In this document: positions 36,260 to 49,449 of the stretch, in pieces
Layout: each line of letters opens with the position of its first letter
Position numbering within the stretch: position 1 is the stretch's first letter
Source: Takakia lepidozioides
Lineage: Eukaryota; Plantae; Bryophyta
Reading direction: 5' to 3'
DNA: 64,000 bases
NCBI GenBank assembly: GCA_030704615.1
Contig: CM060733.1
Location: forward strand, 27,528,001-27,592,000
Notes under the pieces: model-generated
What the model saw: the letters and a program-made list of their open reading frames with translations, nothing else
The model's database searches: none
Told to the model about the DNA's origin: nothing
Made by a program: the position numbers and the translations under genes

Positions 36260-38181
36260 CAAGGATGACCGCAAGCCACCATATGTATGCATGACATGAG
36301 TAGAAGGATCTAATTGTGAATTTGCCTTATCAATTGTACAGAAATGCCCCTAATACAGCAAGGGACCACAAAGAGCATAAGAAGGCTTGGCATACACTTT
36401 CCCACAGTTAATAACTTTCCTAATTTAAGTAATCAGTGATTAAACCAACCCCTGTGGGTTCTCATAAAAAGTTAGAAGTTACAGTAGTTGTCTGCTGTTT
36501 CGCTCATACCTAACGTTGGACCCTTTGAGTCCCGTAGCTTGCTGAACCTGCAGGGTAAAATAGAATCAAGTCTGAACAGAGGTATGCCTCACAACTTCCT
36601 TGCTTGTTGACTTGAACCAACTTTAGGGGTTCAAGTGGATGAAATCTAAGAAGGTTTGTATCTGTTGGTATCAACACCTTCTGATGAGGAAGATTCAGCC
36701 ATAATCAATTTACCAAGAGTTACTCTCAGATTGCCTGGCTGCCTCACATGTCATTTAACACAATCCAATACTTCTATTTGTACCTTGGTGCAAAGATGTC
36801 AGGTGATGGCAGAGAGCCGATTGGACTAATGGAAAAAAGGGAGGTTACTGCCACATTGTTGCTTAGTACCAGGTAGCCACAATTGTTTGGTGTAAACACA
36901 AAGGCGATCTTTGTAGTGTGGGCCATGATTCCATTGTGTTTGTAATTTCCATATAAGATCTGGTAGGTTGATGATGCTCTTCCTCCAGTTAACCCTTTCT
37001 CTAGGGAACTTGGGGAAACTAGTGATCTTTGGCGGTTGTGATGTGTCCAAGAGTGATTCTGGGGTTCGGCATTATATGGGCCTATTGGTGGGGGAGTGGC
37101 GTTGCTGGGCTGGGTACCAAGGGGCTTTGTAGCCGTAAGGAAGAATTGAGTGCACGAGGCCTTGACTAAACTAGAAGTGGCCTCACTGAACTACATGTCG
37201 ACCTCCGAAGATAAGAGAATGAAGAGCTCTCTAGCAGGTGGAGGAGCTTTGTACTCTAATTCCTGTTATATGTTCTGTTCTTTGTTCCTAAGATAAAATA
37301 AAGGGACACCACTGCAGGAGTCACTCTTATTAAGTTTTCTATTTTCTCTGCTGAGGGTGTACTTCAACCTTGCCACTGATGACCAGTAACTTCTTCCACA
37401 GATATTTTGAAGTAGTGATCCACTGAATTACTCGGTAAGAGGAATGGAGAGTCAACCGGCCCTTCTTGATTAGTTTGAATAAGATTACTTTCTAGACTTT
37501 TGCTGCAACCATATGGTGAGAGCATGGACCCCAAGATTTAAACCTGATTGCAGCAACTCTGCCGAATGTTGCATCATGCAGTCACATACATCATTGGCTG
37601 TTCTCGCATTCATGAGCTCAACCCCAGTGAAGCGGTACACTACAATCCCTTGTATGTCTTCAAGTTCATTATCCAAACTGGTTGTGCTATATTGCTTTTA
37701 GGTGCTTCTGGCCATAAGAGGCACAAGTTGGGGTGGAACACCCTCTTCAGGAGGCAAAGGAGGGCCAAGTAGCCAAAGATGGTTGGCCATATTATGGCTT
37801 CTTTGGCCCCATCTAATCAGTTGTTCTGAAGTGTGGGATGCGGCAGAATGAATCTCTGGAAGGGATGGTCTTCATCCCCAAAGAACAAGAGTGACAACGG
37901 GACCCATGAGGAGTGAAAATTGCAAGCTCACAACGGCGATGGGGCTCAAATGCAAACTCATGAGCAGTATTAAAACTTAGAGACTAGTGGAATGTGACCG
38001 CCCCGATATAGCCTCATTAATCTTGGGCTCGGTAAACACAACTTGCTCAAGTTTGACGGTTGCATGGACGAAAGAGAGAGAAGACAAAGGCAGAAAAAAG
38101 AACTTCTACCGTCTTAACTTCTTGGGTACTCCACCTCCAATTTGAAAGGTGACGTTTGGGTGTAGCTTGTTCCATTTATCA

Positions 38182-41166
38182 TCACCAACGATCATCACAA
38201 GAACACATCCCATTCAAGAAGTGATGAAAGCGGTTGGAATCCCTTGCAACAATTTCTCGCCGAACAATCTTGGAGATGAACTTGGTGGCCGTGTGGCAAT
38301 CACCACATATTCGAAGGTTCTTGAGTATACGGATAGATGTCCCCGGAGGGGTGCTGATGAGCCCAAAAGCAATGGCAAGCTTTTCACTGTGGTGGGAGAG
38401 AGCCTGTTCCTTGTGCTGATGACCAACATCATGCAATACAAAGCGGGTGTCAGCTACATAGCCCTCCTCCTTCATCTGCCTGGTCAATGTCTCCAGCTCG
38501 GCATAGATCTCATCTGTTTGTGGGTGTGATCTATCCTCGACAGTAAATGTATGTAGCACGTCATTAACCTCAATCCAGCTGCGCCCTGGCTCTTTTTTCA
38601 GATTTCTGTCCTTCATGACATTCCTTACCTTTGCTACGTCATCCCACCTTCCGGCTGCAGCATAGATGTTAGAAAGCAGCACATACACTGCAGCATCTTG
38701 TGGTTCAGACTTGAGTATACATTCTGCGGCGCGTTCTGCCAGCTCCACATTGCCATGGATTCCACAGGCACCAAGCAAGGCCCCCCATACTGAAGGGCCT
38801 GGTTCAAATGACATTCCATTGATAAAATCCTCTGCCTCAGTCATGCGCCCTGCACGACCAAGAAGGTCAACCATGCCGCCATAGTGTACTTCTGTTGGTG
38901 TGATACCATAATCTCGGTTTATAGAAATGAAATAGTGATGGCCTTCATCTACAAGGCCCAAATGGCTGCATGCAGAGAGAACACCAGTAAATGTGAACTC
39001 ATTGGGCTCCACCCCTTCCTTTTTCATCTGTTCAAAGAGTTTGAGGGTCTCCTTACCACGCCCATGCAGAGCATATCCTATCATCATCACATTCCACGAG
39101 ACAACATCTCGTTGGAGAATCTTGTCAAACACTTGGTGCGCATCCCCCAAACTCCCACATTTGGCGTACATGTCAACAAGCGCAGTTCCTACTCTTACAT
39201 CTGACTCAATTCCAACTTTCACAATGCCTGCATGGATCCTCTTGCCCTCTTCTAGGGCTGCTAGGCCGGAACATGTGTTGAGGATACTAATGAAAGTGAC
39301 TTTGTCAGGAATCAGCCCTTCTTTTTGCATTTGCCGAAAGAGTTCAAAAGCCTTGTCACCATGACCATTTTGAGTGTATCCTGCGATCATTGCATTCCAT
39401 GAGACTACGTCTCGCATAAGCATTGAGTCAAACACACGGCGCCCATCCATCACACTGCTGCACCCGCAATACATGCTGACAAGGGCGTTCCCCACTCTTA
39501 CATCTGACTCAAATCCAGCTTTGGTGATGGCAGCATGGACCCATTTGCCCTCTTCCAGGGCTGCTGGGCTGGTAAATGCATTGAGGATGCCAATGAACGT
39601 AGCGCCATCAGGCTTCACACCCTCTTGTTGCATTTGACTGAAGAGCTCGAGTCCCTTTGCACCAAGTCCTTGCTGAGCCAATCCTGCTATCATCGCATTC
39701 CATGAGATCACATCTCGCTTCCGCAGTTTGTCAAACACTCGGAGCCCATCCATCACACTCCCGCATTTGCAATACATGCTTACGAGGGCAGTCCCCACTC
39801 TTACATCTGACTCAAACCCAGCTTTGATGATTGCTTCATGGAGCTGCTTGCCCTCCTCCAGGCCTACAGACCCAGGACATGCGCTAAGGATACTTACAAA
39901 AGTGGCCTCGTCTGCTTTCAAGCCTTCTCTTTGCATTTCCTGAAAGAGCTCCAAAGCCTCCGCATCGTGGCCGTGTTGAGCAGATCCTGCAATCATTGCA
40001 TTCCATGAGATCACATCCCGCTTAGGCATTCTGTAAAACACTCGGCGTGCATCCACCACACTCCCACACTTGCAATACATGCTGACAAGTGTAGACCCCA
40101 ATCTTACGTCTAATTCAAATCCAGCTTTGATGATGTGGGAGTGGACCCGCTTGCCCTTTTCAAGAGCTGCTAGGCCACCGCATACCTTGAGGGTGCTCAA
40201 GAAGGTTATCTTGTCGGGCTTCACGCCTTCTCGTTGCATCTCCAGGAAGAGTTCGAACGCCTCTTCATCATGCCCTTGCTGGGCACATCCAGCAATCATT
40301 GCATTCCATGAAATCACATCTCGCTTCTGCAATTTGCCAAATAATTGGCGCGCATCCCCCACACTTCCGCACTTGCAGTACATGCTGACTAGGGCAGTCC
40401 CTACTCTTACATCTGATTCAAATCCAGCTTTGATTATTTGGGTATGGATCCGCTTGCCCTCTTCCAGAACTCCTGGGCTGGCGCAAGCCTTCAGGATGCT
40501 CAAGAAGGTGACCTTGTCAGGCATCATTCCTTCTCTCTGCAATCGCTGAAAGAGTTGAAAAGCCACTTCAAAATGCCCTTGCTGAGCGCGTCCAGCAATC
40601 AGCGTATTCCACGTGATCAGATCCCGTCTATAGATTCTGTCAAACACTTCGTGCGCATCCACCACACTCCTGCATTTGCAATACATACTGACAAGGGCAG
40701 TCCCAATTCTCACATCTGACTCAAATCCAGCTTTAATGATGTGGGCATGAATCTGCTTGCCCTCTTTCAGAGCCACTGGGTTGGCGCATGCCTTTAGCAC
40801 TGTCGCGAAGGTTATCTTGTCAGGCTTCAGGCCTTCTCGCTGCATTTGCTGAAACAGTCCAATTGCCTCTTCACCACGCCCTTCCTGAACAGATGCTCCG
40901 ATCATCGCATTCCATGCGACAACATCCCTACTACTGTCACAGATGTCCCTGTTGCCTCCCTCCCACCTTCCCCTTCGCCCTCCGTTGAAAGCGGTGGTGA
41001 CGGTGAATGTGCCAAGAACTTCCTTGCCTCCAATCTGATGCCCAACGAACAAGTGGGTCTGATTCCAGACTTGAAACCCACCCCCGCTGCATGGTAATAC
41101 GAAGTATCTGGTGCAGTGCGTTCTTAGCATAGTGTGCTCTCTGGGGAGAGATGCAAGGTAGGGCAT
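38182..41166 (-). CDS. PLS-class PPR protein with E1/E2 and DYW deaminase domain (organellar C-to-U editing factor)
   Basis: Six P-L-S triplets plus P2-L2-S2, PG box KKEPGRSWI, HSEKLA...CGDCH, C-terminal DRW. True start uncertain. Confidence 0.95.
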   Translation of the reverse strand: MPYLASLPREHTMLRTHCTRYFVLPCSGGGFQVWNQTHLFVGHQIGGKEVLGTFTVTTAFNGGRRGRWEGGNRDICDSSRDVVAWNAMIGASVQEGRGEEAIGLFQQMQREGLKPDKITFATVLKACANPVALKEGKQIHAHIIKAGFESDVRIGTALVSMYCKCRSVVDAHEVFDRIYRRDLITWNTLIAGRAQQGHFEVAFQLFQRLQREGMMPDKVTFLSILKACASPGVLEEGKRIHTQIIKAGFESDVRVGTALVSMYCKCGSVGDARQLFGKLQKRDVISWNAMIAGCAQQGHDEEAFELFLEMQREGVKPDKITFLSTLKVCGGLAALEKGKRVHSHIIKAGFELDVRLGSTLVSMYCKCGSVVDARRVFYRMPKRDVISWNAMIAGSAQHGHDAEALELFQEMQREGLKADEATFVSILSACPGSVGLEEGKQLHEAIIKAGFESDVRVGTALVSMYCKCGSVMDGLRVFDKLRKRDVISWNAMIAGLAQQGLGAKGLELFSQMQQEGVKPDGATFIGILNAFTSPAALEEGKWVHAAITKAGFESDVRVGNALVSMYCGCSSVMDGRRVFDSMLMRDVVSWNAMIAGYTQNGHGDKAFELFRQMQKEGLIPDKVTFISILNTCSGLAALEEGKRIHAGIVKVGIESDVRVGTALVDMYAKCGSLGDAHQVFDKILQRDVVSWNVMMIGYALHGRGKETLKLFEQMKKEGVEPNEFTFTGVLSACSHLGLVDEGHHYFISINRDYGITPTEVHYGGMVDLLGRAGRMTEAEDFINGMSFEPGPSVWGALLGACGIHGNVELAERAAECILKSEPQDAAVYVLLSNIYAAAGRWDDVAKVRNVMKDRNLKKEPGRSWIEVNDVLHTFTVEDRSHPQTDEIYAELETLTRQMKEEGYVADTRFVLHDVGHQHKEQALSHHSEKLAIAFGLISTPPGTSIRILKNLRICGDCHTATKFISKIVRREIVARDSNRFHHFLNGMCSCDDRW

Positions 41167-41710
41167 AATGCTGTCTCTTGTTTGCAGGCATCAGATGAAA
41201 CTGTGCAGAGACAAAAGGTTGCCTGCCGTTACCTGAATTATGAAGATTACGAGTTGCAGTTGTTGGCGATACTTGGGAGCTTGTTTTGTGTGCCACTATA
41301 CCCACCTGCATTGAGATGTCTCCTCAATCTTTGAGAGAGCAGAGAGCTGGAGACGGTCGGACAGCACGAAGATGAACACCATGTTGCACAACCGAAGACT
41401 TTTCTTTGCAGGTTTGCCAGCAGCACGGGTTTCAGCAACAACCAGCTATTTCCTAGACAAGTTCTCCAGCAAATTTTCTTGACGGATCCTTTGGTAGGCA
41501 AGCGGTCTGGGCAAAGTGTGGATGTTTCGGTGTTGATACTCGTGCCCCCATCTGATCCGAAGTTGGCGGCAGAGGGGCCCACGAAAATCTAAGTATTGAA
41601 AGTGTTTGCCGGGAGTGTGTTGCAGGAGTAGCGTTTTTATTTAGGCGGTACCGTGGAGAGTGGGTTGGTCCAGACGTCCAGACACTGTCACTGTCCCTCG
41701 GCTTGGCGCT

Positions 41711-44155
41711 ATGGAGAGCGGGGTTGACAGTGAAGATCGGACGACTATATGGGACTCAAACACCGCGTCTGATGACTACACACTGCCCGATGGGGAGGAT
41801 GCGAGCAGTGATGTTGAGATGTTGAAACGAGTGTGGCGCAATGAGAAAGCAGCCCCTGACATTCTTCCCTTTCAGACCCGCCTCATTGAACGTGTGCAGG
41901 AACAGATTTCTCTCATGGTAAAGGGCTTCTGTATACTCTTCCTGCATCTATGCATCTACTTGATCCTAGATGACAGTGGTGTGACAGGGAATATTTTTGA
42001 TCGAGTCGCAGTTAGAGTGAGTGAGATAGAGAGAAATTGAATCCATCGCCCCCTGGAGACTAATCCTCCCGCAGCTCGATTGTCCAGGATTTATTGTGTT
42101 GGTTGTGTGTCTATTTGTTTCTTAAAGAAAGGGAAGGACGGAAATTTGGAAGGGAGGTGGGGACAGGCTGGGTAGTAAGTCTCCGTGGACAAATGGAAGA
42201 TTGTGTCAAGAAAAAGAATGCATCCAAGTCTAGGAGATGCGAAGCAAGTGAAATATTATGATGGTGTATGGAGCTTACAGGTGGACAATGTGGCAGCATT
42301 TGCTGAGACATTCGATGAGCTAATGTTGTCAATATTTTCCATGGACATTAATCGCACGCTTTTTCTGCTGCGAGCATATCTGCGCGTTCGACTTGCGAAA
42401 GTACTTGTGCTCTCCTCTTCAACTCCTCAATAATGTTGCTCCTCAACTCTTTTATGTCTGCAGCTTTACCGTTTCTCAGTATTTGGTATGTCCAGGTTCT
42501 TTGAGGAACACTGCTATCAACAGGTCTTTCAATGGCAAAGAAAGTTTTTGGCAGCTTTTTGTCACTGTCAACAATGATTCTGAACACATAATGATGATGG
42601 CAAAACCAAAGGAGAACTGAGTATGGCGCATCCGTTGAGATGTATTTCCTAAGGGTGACGGACATAGGAAAATATTAGTTCATCAGGTAGTGCCCGGGGC
42701 ACCCTTGGCACATTGAGATGCCTTGGCAAGGAATGTCTCAAAGGATTCCATACTATTTTCTAAGCAGATCCTTGGCGAAATCAGATTGGTACTCCTCTGC
42801 TGCATTTTTCCACATGTCGGATAACTTGTGGGATAATAAGCAGGGCTGGAATACGTTGCAGATTGAGAAATTTGCGATGCATATCAGCAGGAGCAATGAA
42901 CTATGGGAGCGACTCTCTGAGCAAGAGCGTGATTATGCACAAAGGTAGATTCTCTTGAGTTCTAAAGAAGAAATACTTCATGTGGTGTCATATTCTGGAT
43001 AGCTAGTTCTTATTCTGCAATATATTGATGAGGCTCAGCACTTGGTACCTCTACTGCAGAAGAGAGTTTGGCAGTCAATTGAGGAACCCTAATTTAGTTA
43101 CAGTTTATTCCAGTGTGCCTTCCTCAGTTGCTTCGTTGTACTTGTGCACAGTCATACAAATCGCAACTTTGGATGATTCTACTTTTGACCACTCATACAG
43201 TGGTGTGGTGTGTCAGGTACATTGATGCCTTGTCCAAGCACATGGGGGACTGTGTCTTGGACAAAATGGAGATAGCATACAATTCGATGATTAAACAAGC
43301 TACATCTAGTGCTGAAGAGGACATGAGTATCCAACCCCTCTTTTTCTGTCCTCAACTAGCAGGCAAGTGTACTGTTTGATACCTCTTGTCACTACCACAA
43401 GTCTTGACAATGTTTCCTCACGAGGGGTGTGGTGGATTAGGATTGGACGCTCAGCATGCTGCAGGAGATGAATCTAACATTGCATGGACTTGTGATCTAT
43501 CTCTCTCTCTCTCTGTCTCTCTCAATGGCCACAAGGCTACGGCAAACAACGTCTTATGGTACATTCTCTGTCTCTCTCAAACTGAGGCATACAATAGCAT
43601 TACAGGCTGCCCCTGCTACAAGTTGGTACGTTGTACAGGTGGGAATGTGTATTTAGGGACATGAGCTCTAATAGAATTAAAGAAGTAGAGATGAAGTACA
43701 AGACTTGGAAAAGTTCCCTTAACAGAGTTGCAGTCGGGGAGCCACCGTCCGACACTTTTATCTTCTGCAGAAGCAAAGGTGCTATTGGCCCCTTTCAACT
43801 CGATGACAAGTAAGCATTTGCTTTTGTAGGTGTAATGGAGTTGTATCTATGAGTCCGAGGTTACCCTCAAGGATGTGTCTGGTCTGCAAACTGATAGAAG
43901 GCTTTCCACAAACAGCTGATTCAAGTCCGCTACCAATCCAGAACCCTTTTAGGTTTGCCATCATGTTGATATGTCTCTTGTGGCATTTGGGTTTTCTGCT
44001 AACTAATGTCTGTAGTTTCTCAATCAATTGACATCATGGTTTGGCTGGATGGCAGGGGTGATGAAACTGTGGACTTGGTGCTCAATGAGCTCTATATTCT
44101 CAAGTACAGACCTGTGAAAGGACTCGTCGAAACTGACCGCATTGAGCTTGTTTGA
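41711..44155 (+). CDS. SLD5: GINS complex subunit SLD5 (GINS4), six exons
   Basis: LKRVWRNEKAAPDILPF, MDINRTLFLLRAYLRVRLAK|IEKF, LSEQERDYA, EPPSDTFIFCR, LYILKYRPVKGLVETDRIELV*. Confidence 0.9.
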
Positions 44156-44938
44156 TATTCCTCACTCATCTTCCATGTAGCTACACAAAGGTTGATCAGG
44201 GGATAGAGATCTGCAACAGCACAAGGCCAAGTTCACTGGTGAAATTTTAAAATTTTGAGAACTTGATTTTCCTCCATTTTTGTAGGCTAGTTTGGCGGAC
44301 TCAACTAACCATCAACCCAAAGGGACTTCTTGTGTGCCCTGCTTGTCTATATACTTGGCTGATCTTGGATCGGTGTGTGAGAACCAGGTGCTATGTACAG
44401 TGTAGCTGAGCAGCCATAGATTTAAACACGGCCTCCAAATAGCAAGCCGAGTCTCTCAAGTACCACAAAAACACGGGGGATAAAAACAAATCAACTGACA
44501 GGAAGAGCCCACTTTAAAATGGACTAACTTCTTCACATCCTACATTAAGAAAGCCACACCTTGCTATTGTTGTTGTCTTATTTGCTTTGCATCCTTGCTG
44601 CACACACATTTGGCATACATGTCCACCAGGACAGTGTTTAGAATGACAGGAGCATGACAGGAGCAACTGCATGTGCATATGTGCTTGTGCAAACTGCAGA
44701 ACCTCCCAACACCCTTGGACACTCCTGTCCGCAAACAATCGGAAGGAGTCTGGTAATGCTACAAAATCTGGCCAGTTTGTCTAAGAAGGGATGGAAAATT
44801 CAGTAAAGATTACGATGAAGAATTGCCACTTGTAAAGAAACTCCTCTACAGACTGTCTGGGTGGAGTCCCAAGAAGCCCACAAGGATGGGCCCGGTTCTG
44901 TGGAGAGAGAAGATGAAATGAAATGGAACTTTATAACT

Positions 44939-44963
44939 GAGAGAGAGAGAGAGAGAGAGAGAG
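44939..44963 (+). repeat. (GA)n microsatellite upstream of the delta-tubulin start
   Basis: Uninterrupted GA run. Confidence 0.9.
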
Positions 44964-44997
44964 GCTGGGGTTGATAGGAGGGGGAGAGTGAGTGAGC

Positions 44998-47900
44998 ATG
45001 GGTTGTGTGGTTGTGCAGCTGGGCCAGGGTGGGAACCAGCTCTCATCTGCTTTCTTCACTGGACTCGCCTCCCTTGCTCATTCTTCAACACAGTCCCACG
45101 ATTTCTTCAGAGAAAGCTCCAATGGTGATCGCACTGCACGGGCTGTGCTTGTCGACATGGAAGCCAAGGTACATCTACATGTTTCGTTGCGTTTCGCCTC
45201 TAATTTTCAGCATGTTTGATGATCAAGTTCCGACTGTGACCTACATTTGATGCGACTATCGCCTTGAGAATCAGCTGGGATAACTGCATGCAGGGGATTG
45301 CATTCAGCAGGGGTTTTGTTTTTGAGTCAATTTAGGTGTCTTGCTGCTGGCTTTCTAGGTGCTAAGGTTTCCCGGCTGTTCAACTCCTTTCAGTCCTCTC
45401 ATCTCTCATTCCGATCAGCGGCCTTTTTCCCTTGCCCTGCAAGAACGAGAAAGAAGCAAGGAAAGTATATAATGTGAATACCGTGGAAATGCACATCAGG
45501 TGATAGCGGCAGCCCTCAAGCGAGCAAATACGAGTACGCAAAACAGTTCTGCGGCTTGGAGATACGACCCTGATCGCCAAATTACCCATGATAGCGGATC
45601 TGGGAATAATTGGGCACGTGGTTTCTACGTGCATGGTCCGAGGTGCCACGAGTCTATTCTCAATGTTATTCGGCTTGAGGTGTCTTTCTGCACTCAGTTC
45701 CTTTTTTCTTATTATTACAAGGCTGATGGTACTACCACTGATTAGATATACTTTGGGAATGTTTGCACCTGGGTTTTTATAGTTTGCAGTTCTGGTATAT
45801 GTGAGGCTCACTCTCTCCATTTCTGGCTGGATTCGGCCTTGGTGGTTGTTTGTGGCGCACTACACAAAGCAACTACACAAAGCATCCTCGTCCAAAATTC
45901 AGACTCAGACTTCAAAGCCAAAGGAGGGTACTAACTTTTGAGCTTTAGTGGGACTTCAGCCCTGTTCTTGCAACCAGAAGTACAGGTTCAGACCAACCCA
46001 TGTACTCTAACCAACTCGTATGGCTTTAATATTAATAAAATTTATAAAGGGAGATTTTGGAACATAAGAGCCTAGATCCACATATGCTATAATTCCACAC
46101 ACAATGGGGAAGCTATGTGCAATTGAGGGCCTTCTTCTTCTACACCCTTCCTTCTAGAAATAACTGAGTCACCAGGCTCTCTCATGGTCTCTGAACTGCT
46201 GCATAGCTGGTTCACGACAATGTAAATGCATCCTTTTTGACTTAGGGAATGGAGGGTATTTCCTTGTTGACTTAAGAAGGAACAATGTTACTGTTGAAAG
46301 CGGCATGCATTGGTGTCCATGTGACAGAATGACATGGTTGGGGTGACTGCAGGTTGAGGCATGCGATGTATTTGGGGGCTTTGTCACTGTACAAAGTATG
46401 GCGGGTGGAACAGGCGCTGGGCTTGGTTAGCTTTTTGGCTTAATTTGTTGAAGCTCAACTTCATTCTAATCTCTGCTCCATAAAGTAATTATTAAAGAAA
46501 GGTGAGCAATTGTTGAGCACATATGTTTTAGTATTCAATGGCTTATTTACATCTCATATGCAAAGATTCTTCATGGGATCTTAAGAGTGCACGGTAGTTC
46601 TCAAATCAGAGTTACTGGATGCTGCATATGTTATTCATTTCAGACCTGTAGCTATGTCTGAATGGGGATTACCATCCTTGTAGGCTGCAGCGCTTTCATA
46701 GTCTATTCGAGCCTAGGAATGGCAACTGCCTGCTTGCCTTCATCCTTAGTGTTGACAGCAGTGTATGTTCCTTCTGCCATGAAGAATTGATCAATGCAGT
46801 CTTCAATTCATTTATATGGCTGCAGAGTAAGTGCAGTTTAATTGTAAGGAATTCTTACATAGGGGGTGATCTCGGGTGTCAAACATGCAGGTGCCTATGT
46901 GCTGGCTGCATTGAGAGATGAGTACCCCTCAACTTGTATGCTGAGTCACTGTATCTGGCCATATGAGAGTGGCGAAGTCATAGTGCAGAGCTACAATGTC
47001 TTGCTCACACTATCACACCTTGAAGAGTCAGCTGATGGGATTATCATAACACAAAATGAGGCGCTGAGTTTGGTTTGTAAGAAGCTGCTGGGGATCCAGA
47101 GGCCCTCATTTGATGATATGAACGAGGTTGCAGGTCAAGCATTGGCATCTGTCCTGCTCCCTGCTGTTTGGAGACCTGTCAATGCAGCTCCATGCCTGGG
47201 GCATGAGATTGCCCAAAGGGGTTTGTGCCCAGCCTCTGACGACTTCAACAGTAGCGGCAACTTTGGGGCTGGATCTCCTGTCCGTCTTTTGTCAGACTTG
47301 GTGTCAGTGTTATGTGCACATCCAGCTTATCGCATGCTCTCCCTGCGGTTCACTCCACAGGCAAGGCACCCCAATATCCTCTTGTTTATGCATCCCGTTG
47401 CTGATATTCCATCCACAACCAATTCAATCTGTTAGGGCACTTTATAGCCCCTCATGGAAGTAGCTAGGTCCGCATAATTTTTCTGCCATTTGCCTCACTA
47501 AATATTGCCAGCAGACAGCAGTCGGAGTGTGTACTAGATCTGCTGATTGACATGTTCACACTAGTTCTGTTCTCTGCATTGTTGTGATGACTTATTTGTT
47601 GTAGCAAACATGTCCTTTTCCTCTGGGTGGAGCAGATATTCTTACTATGCTACTTCCCACTGGACCACCTCCTTCCTTCACATGTGACGAACTGATGATT
47701 CTTAAGTAGCTCTTTCTATCATAAGCTGAGGGCATTGCATCGCCACATATGCACTTGGTCATGTCAGGGTGTGCAGCTACTCCGTAAGTGGGCATCCATG
47801 TCAACGTTCCCAGTTGTATTGATCAGTCCACTGGATCCTGATACATTGGAGCAGCCCTAAGTGGAAGTCAATGTTAAGCACATTCACTAAGTGAGCCACC

Positions 47901-48650
47901 AACCACTTGGAATAGTATCCCTTGGTCGGTGAAGGTGTAGCATAGGGTTCGAGCACCTAGGAGTTCAGGTTCTGAGAACTGCTATTGCAGCAATTGATTT
48001 GAGAAGCGTTGGGAGAGGAGGGGAATGCTTCTTGGTGGCCTCTACTCATGGTGTCTATCTAATCTTGGCAGCTTCATGATCTGTCCTCCAATTCACCACA
48101 TCATTACAAAATGGTTGTAACTGGGGCACAGGTGCCAGCACAGTCATTGGATTTTACTACCTTCACATGGCCAGCACAGATGAAGCACTTAAGGCAGATG
48201 CTCATCACCGGGGCACTCGGAGACATTGACATGGATTGGAGTGTATCTCTTCCAACTGATCCCTTGTCTACTTCGAAACCAATTGGTCAGTCTGGCCTTC
48301 GCCCTATCAATCGCTCACTAGCTAATCTCCTGGTATTGAGAGGAAATGGGAGTCAACATGCAGACGTGAGTGCATTCACTCACGAAAGTTTGTACCCAAT
48401 TTGGTCGGTGGACCCACTAAATGTGGCTGCAAATTCAACAAACCTGGGCAACTACAAAATGGCAGCAGGCTTACTGAGCAACTGCCAGTCAACAGTAATG
48501 CCAGCCTCACGGGTCCTGTCATGCGCATATGGCATGTACTCGTCACAGGCATATTTGCACCAGTATTTTGAGCATGGGATGGACCCTGCATCATTTGATG
48601 CTGCTTTTGCAACGGTCGAAGATATGGTAGCGCGGTATCTTGCCCTCTAA
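44998..48650 (+). CDS. TUBD1: Delta-tubulin; exons approx 44998-45168, 45500-45679, 46353-46425, 46891-47360, 48132-48650
   Basis: VVVQLGQGGNQ, ARAVLVDMEAKV, SGSGNNWARG, QSMAGGTGAGLG, IWPYESGEVIVQSYNVLLTLSHL, AYLHQYFEHG. Confidence 0.88.
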
Positions 48651-49267
48651 CCCTTGGCCTGGTAGGGTTGTCTCCGTGAACAGCTGCTGAGGAAAGTGGA
48701 GTGTATTGGGTTCATGAGACATGTAACTTTCTGCAGCCCTCAAACTTCTGCAGCCCTCAAACGCATTTACGGTGGGAGCTATCACCTGAGGCATTAGTTG
48801 TCTCATTGAGGTGAATAAAAGTTTTATAAATCAGGGGTAAACAGGGTATTATGATACCAATAAGACTTCACTGTTCACTTCCCTTATGGCTTACAATACT
48901 TAATGGAGGCCTATGGGTAAGTGCAAAATGGTTTACCATGTCTTTTGGTAAATGCTATAATCATAAGAGTGGTCTTGTACGCGTCCAAATGTTTACTTCT
49001 GGATGTGAAATATTCCTTCTCTCCATACACTCCCACTATTCACAATTCCAATATTAAACTTCTTTGATGTATATCACCTGCCTAAACACCCATTCCAAGC
49101 AGACATGAATCTCACACATGAGATCTGAATAACTGCAAAAAATAACAATGAAATGTCTGACATCAAAACAAGTCCTCAAGACCACATTTTTCTTCTAATC
49201 GTGGAAGTGGGCTCCATCTTCCTTTCTAGCGAAACAGACCCATGGAGCTAATTGGGCTCCGAAGCCT

Positions 49268-49449
49268 GCTGAAAATACACTCTACCTGAAGTGTAGACTT
49301 CCATCAGGAATGACCTTAAAAGGAGATGAAGATGCTCCACAGCATTCCCAAGACACCAGCTGAAAATACACTCTACCTGAAGTGTAGACTTCTATCAGGA
49401 ATGACCTTTGAAGGAGATGAAGATGCTCCACACCATTCCCAAGACACCA
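49268..49449. repeat. 91-bp tandem duplication covering the stop codon of the Mpv17/PMP22 gene
   Basis: Units 49268-49358 and 49359-49449 differ at only a few positions. Confidence 0.85.

Noticed and set aside
38149-41334. Series of plus-strand ORFs opposite the PPR gene, and many other short six-frame ORFs
   Set aside because: Antisense or alternate-frame shadows of real coding regions with no independent motifs.
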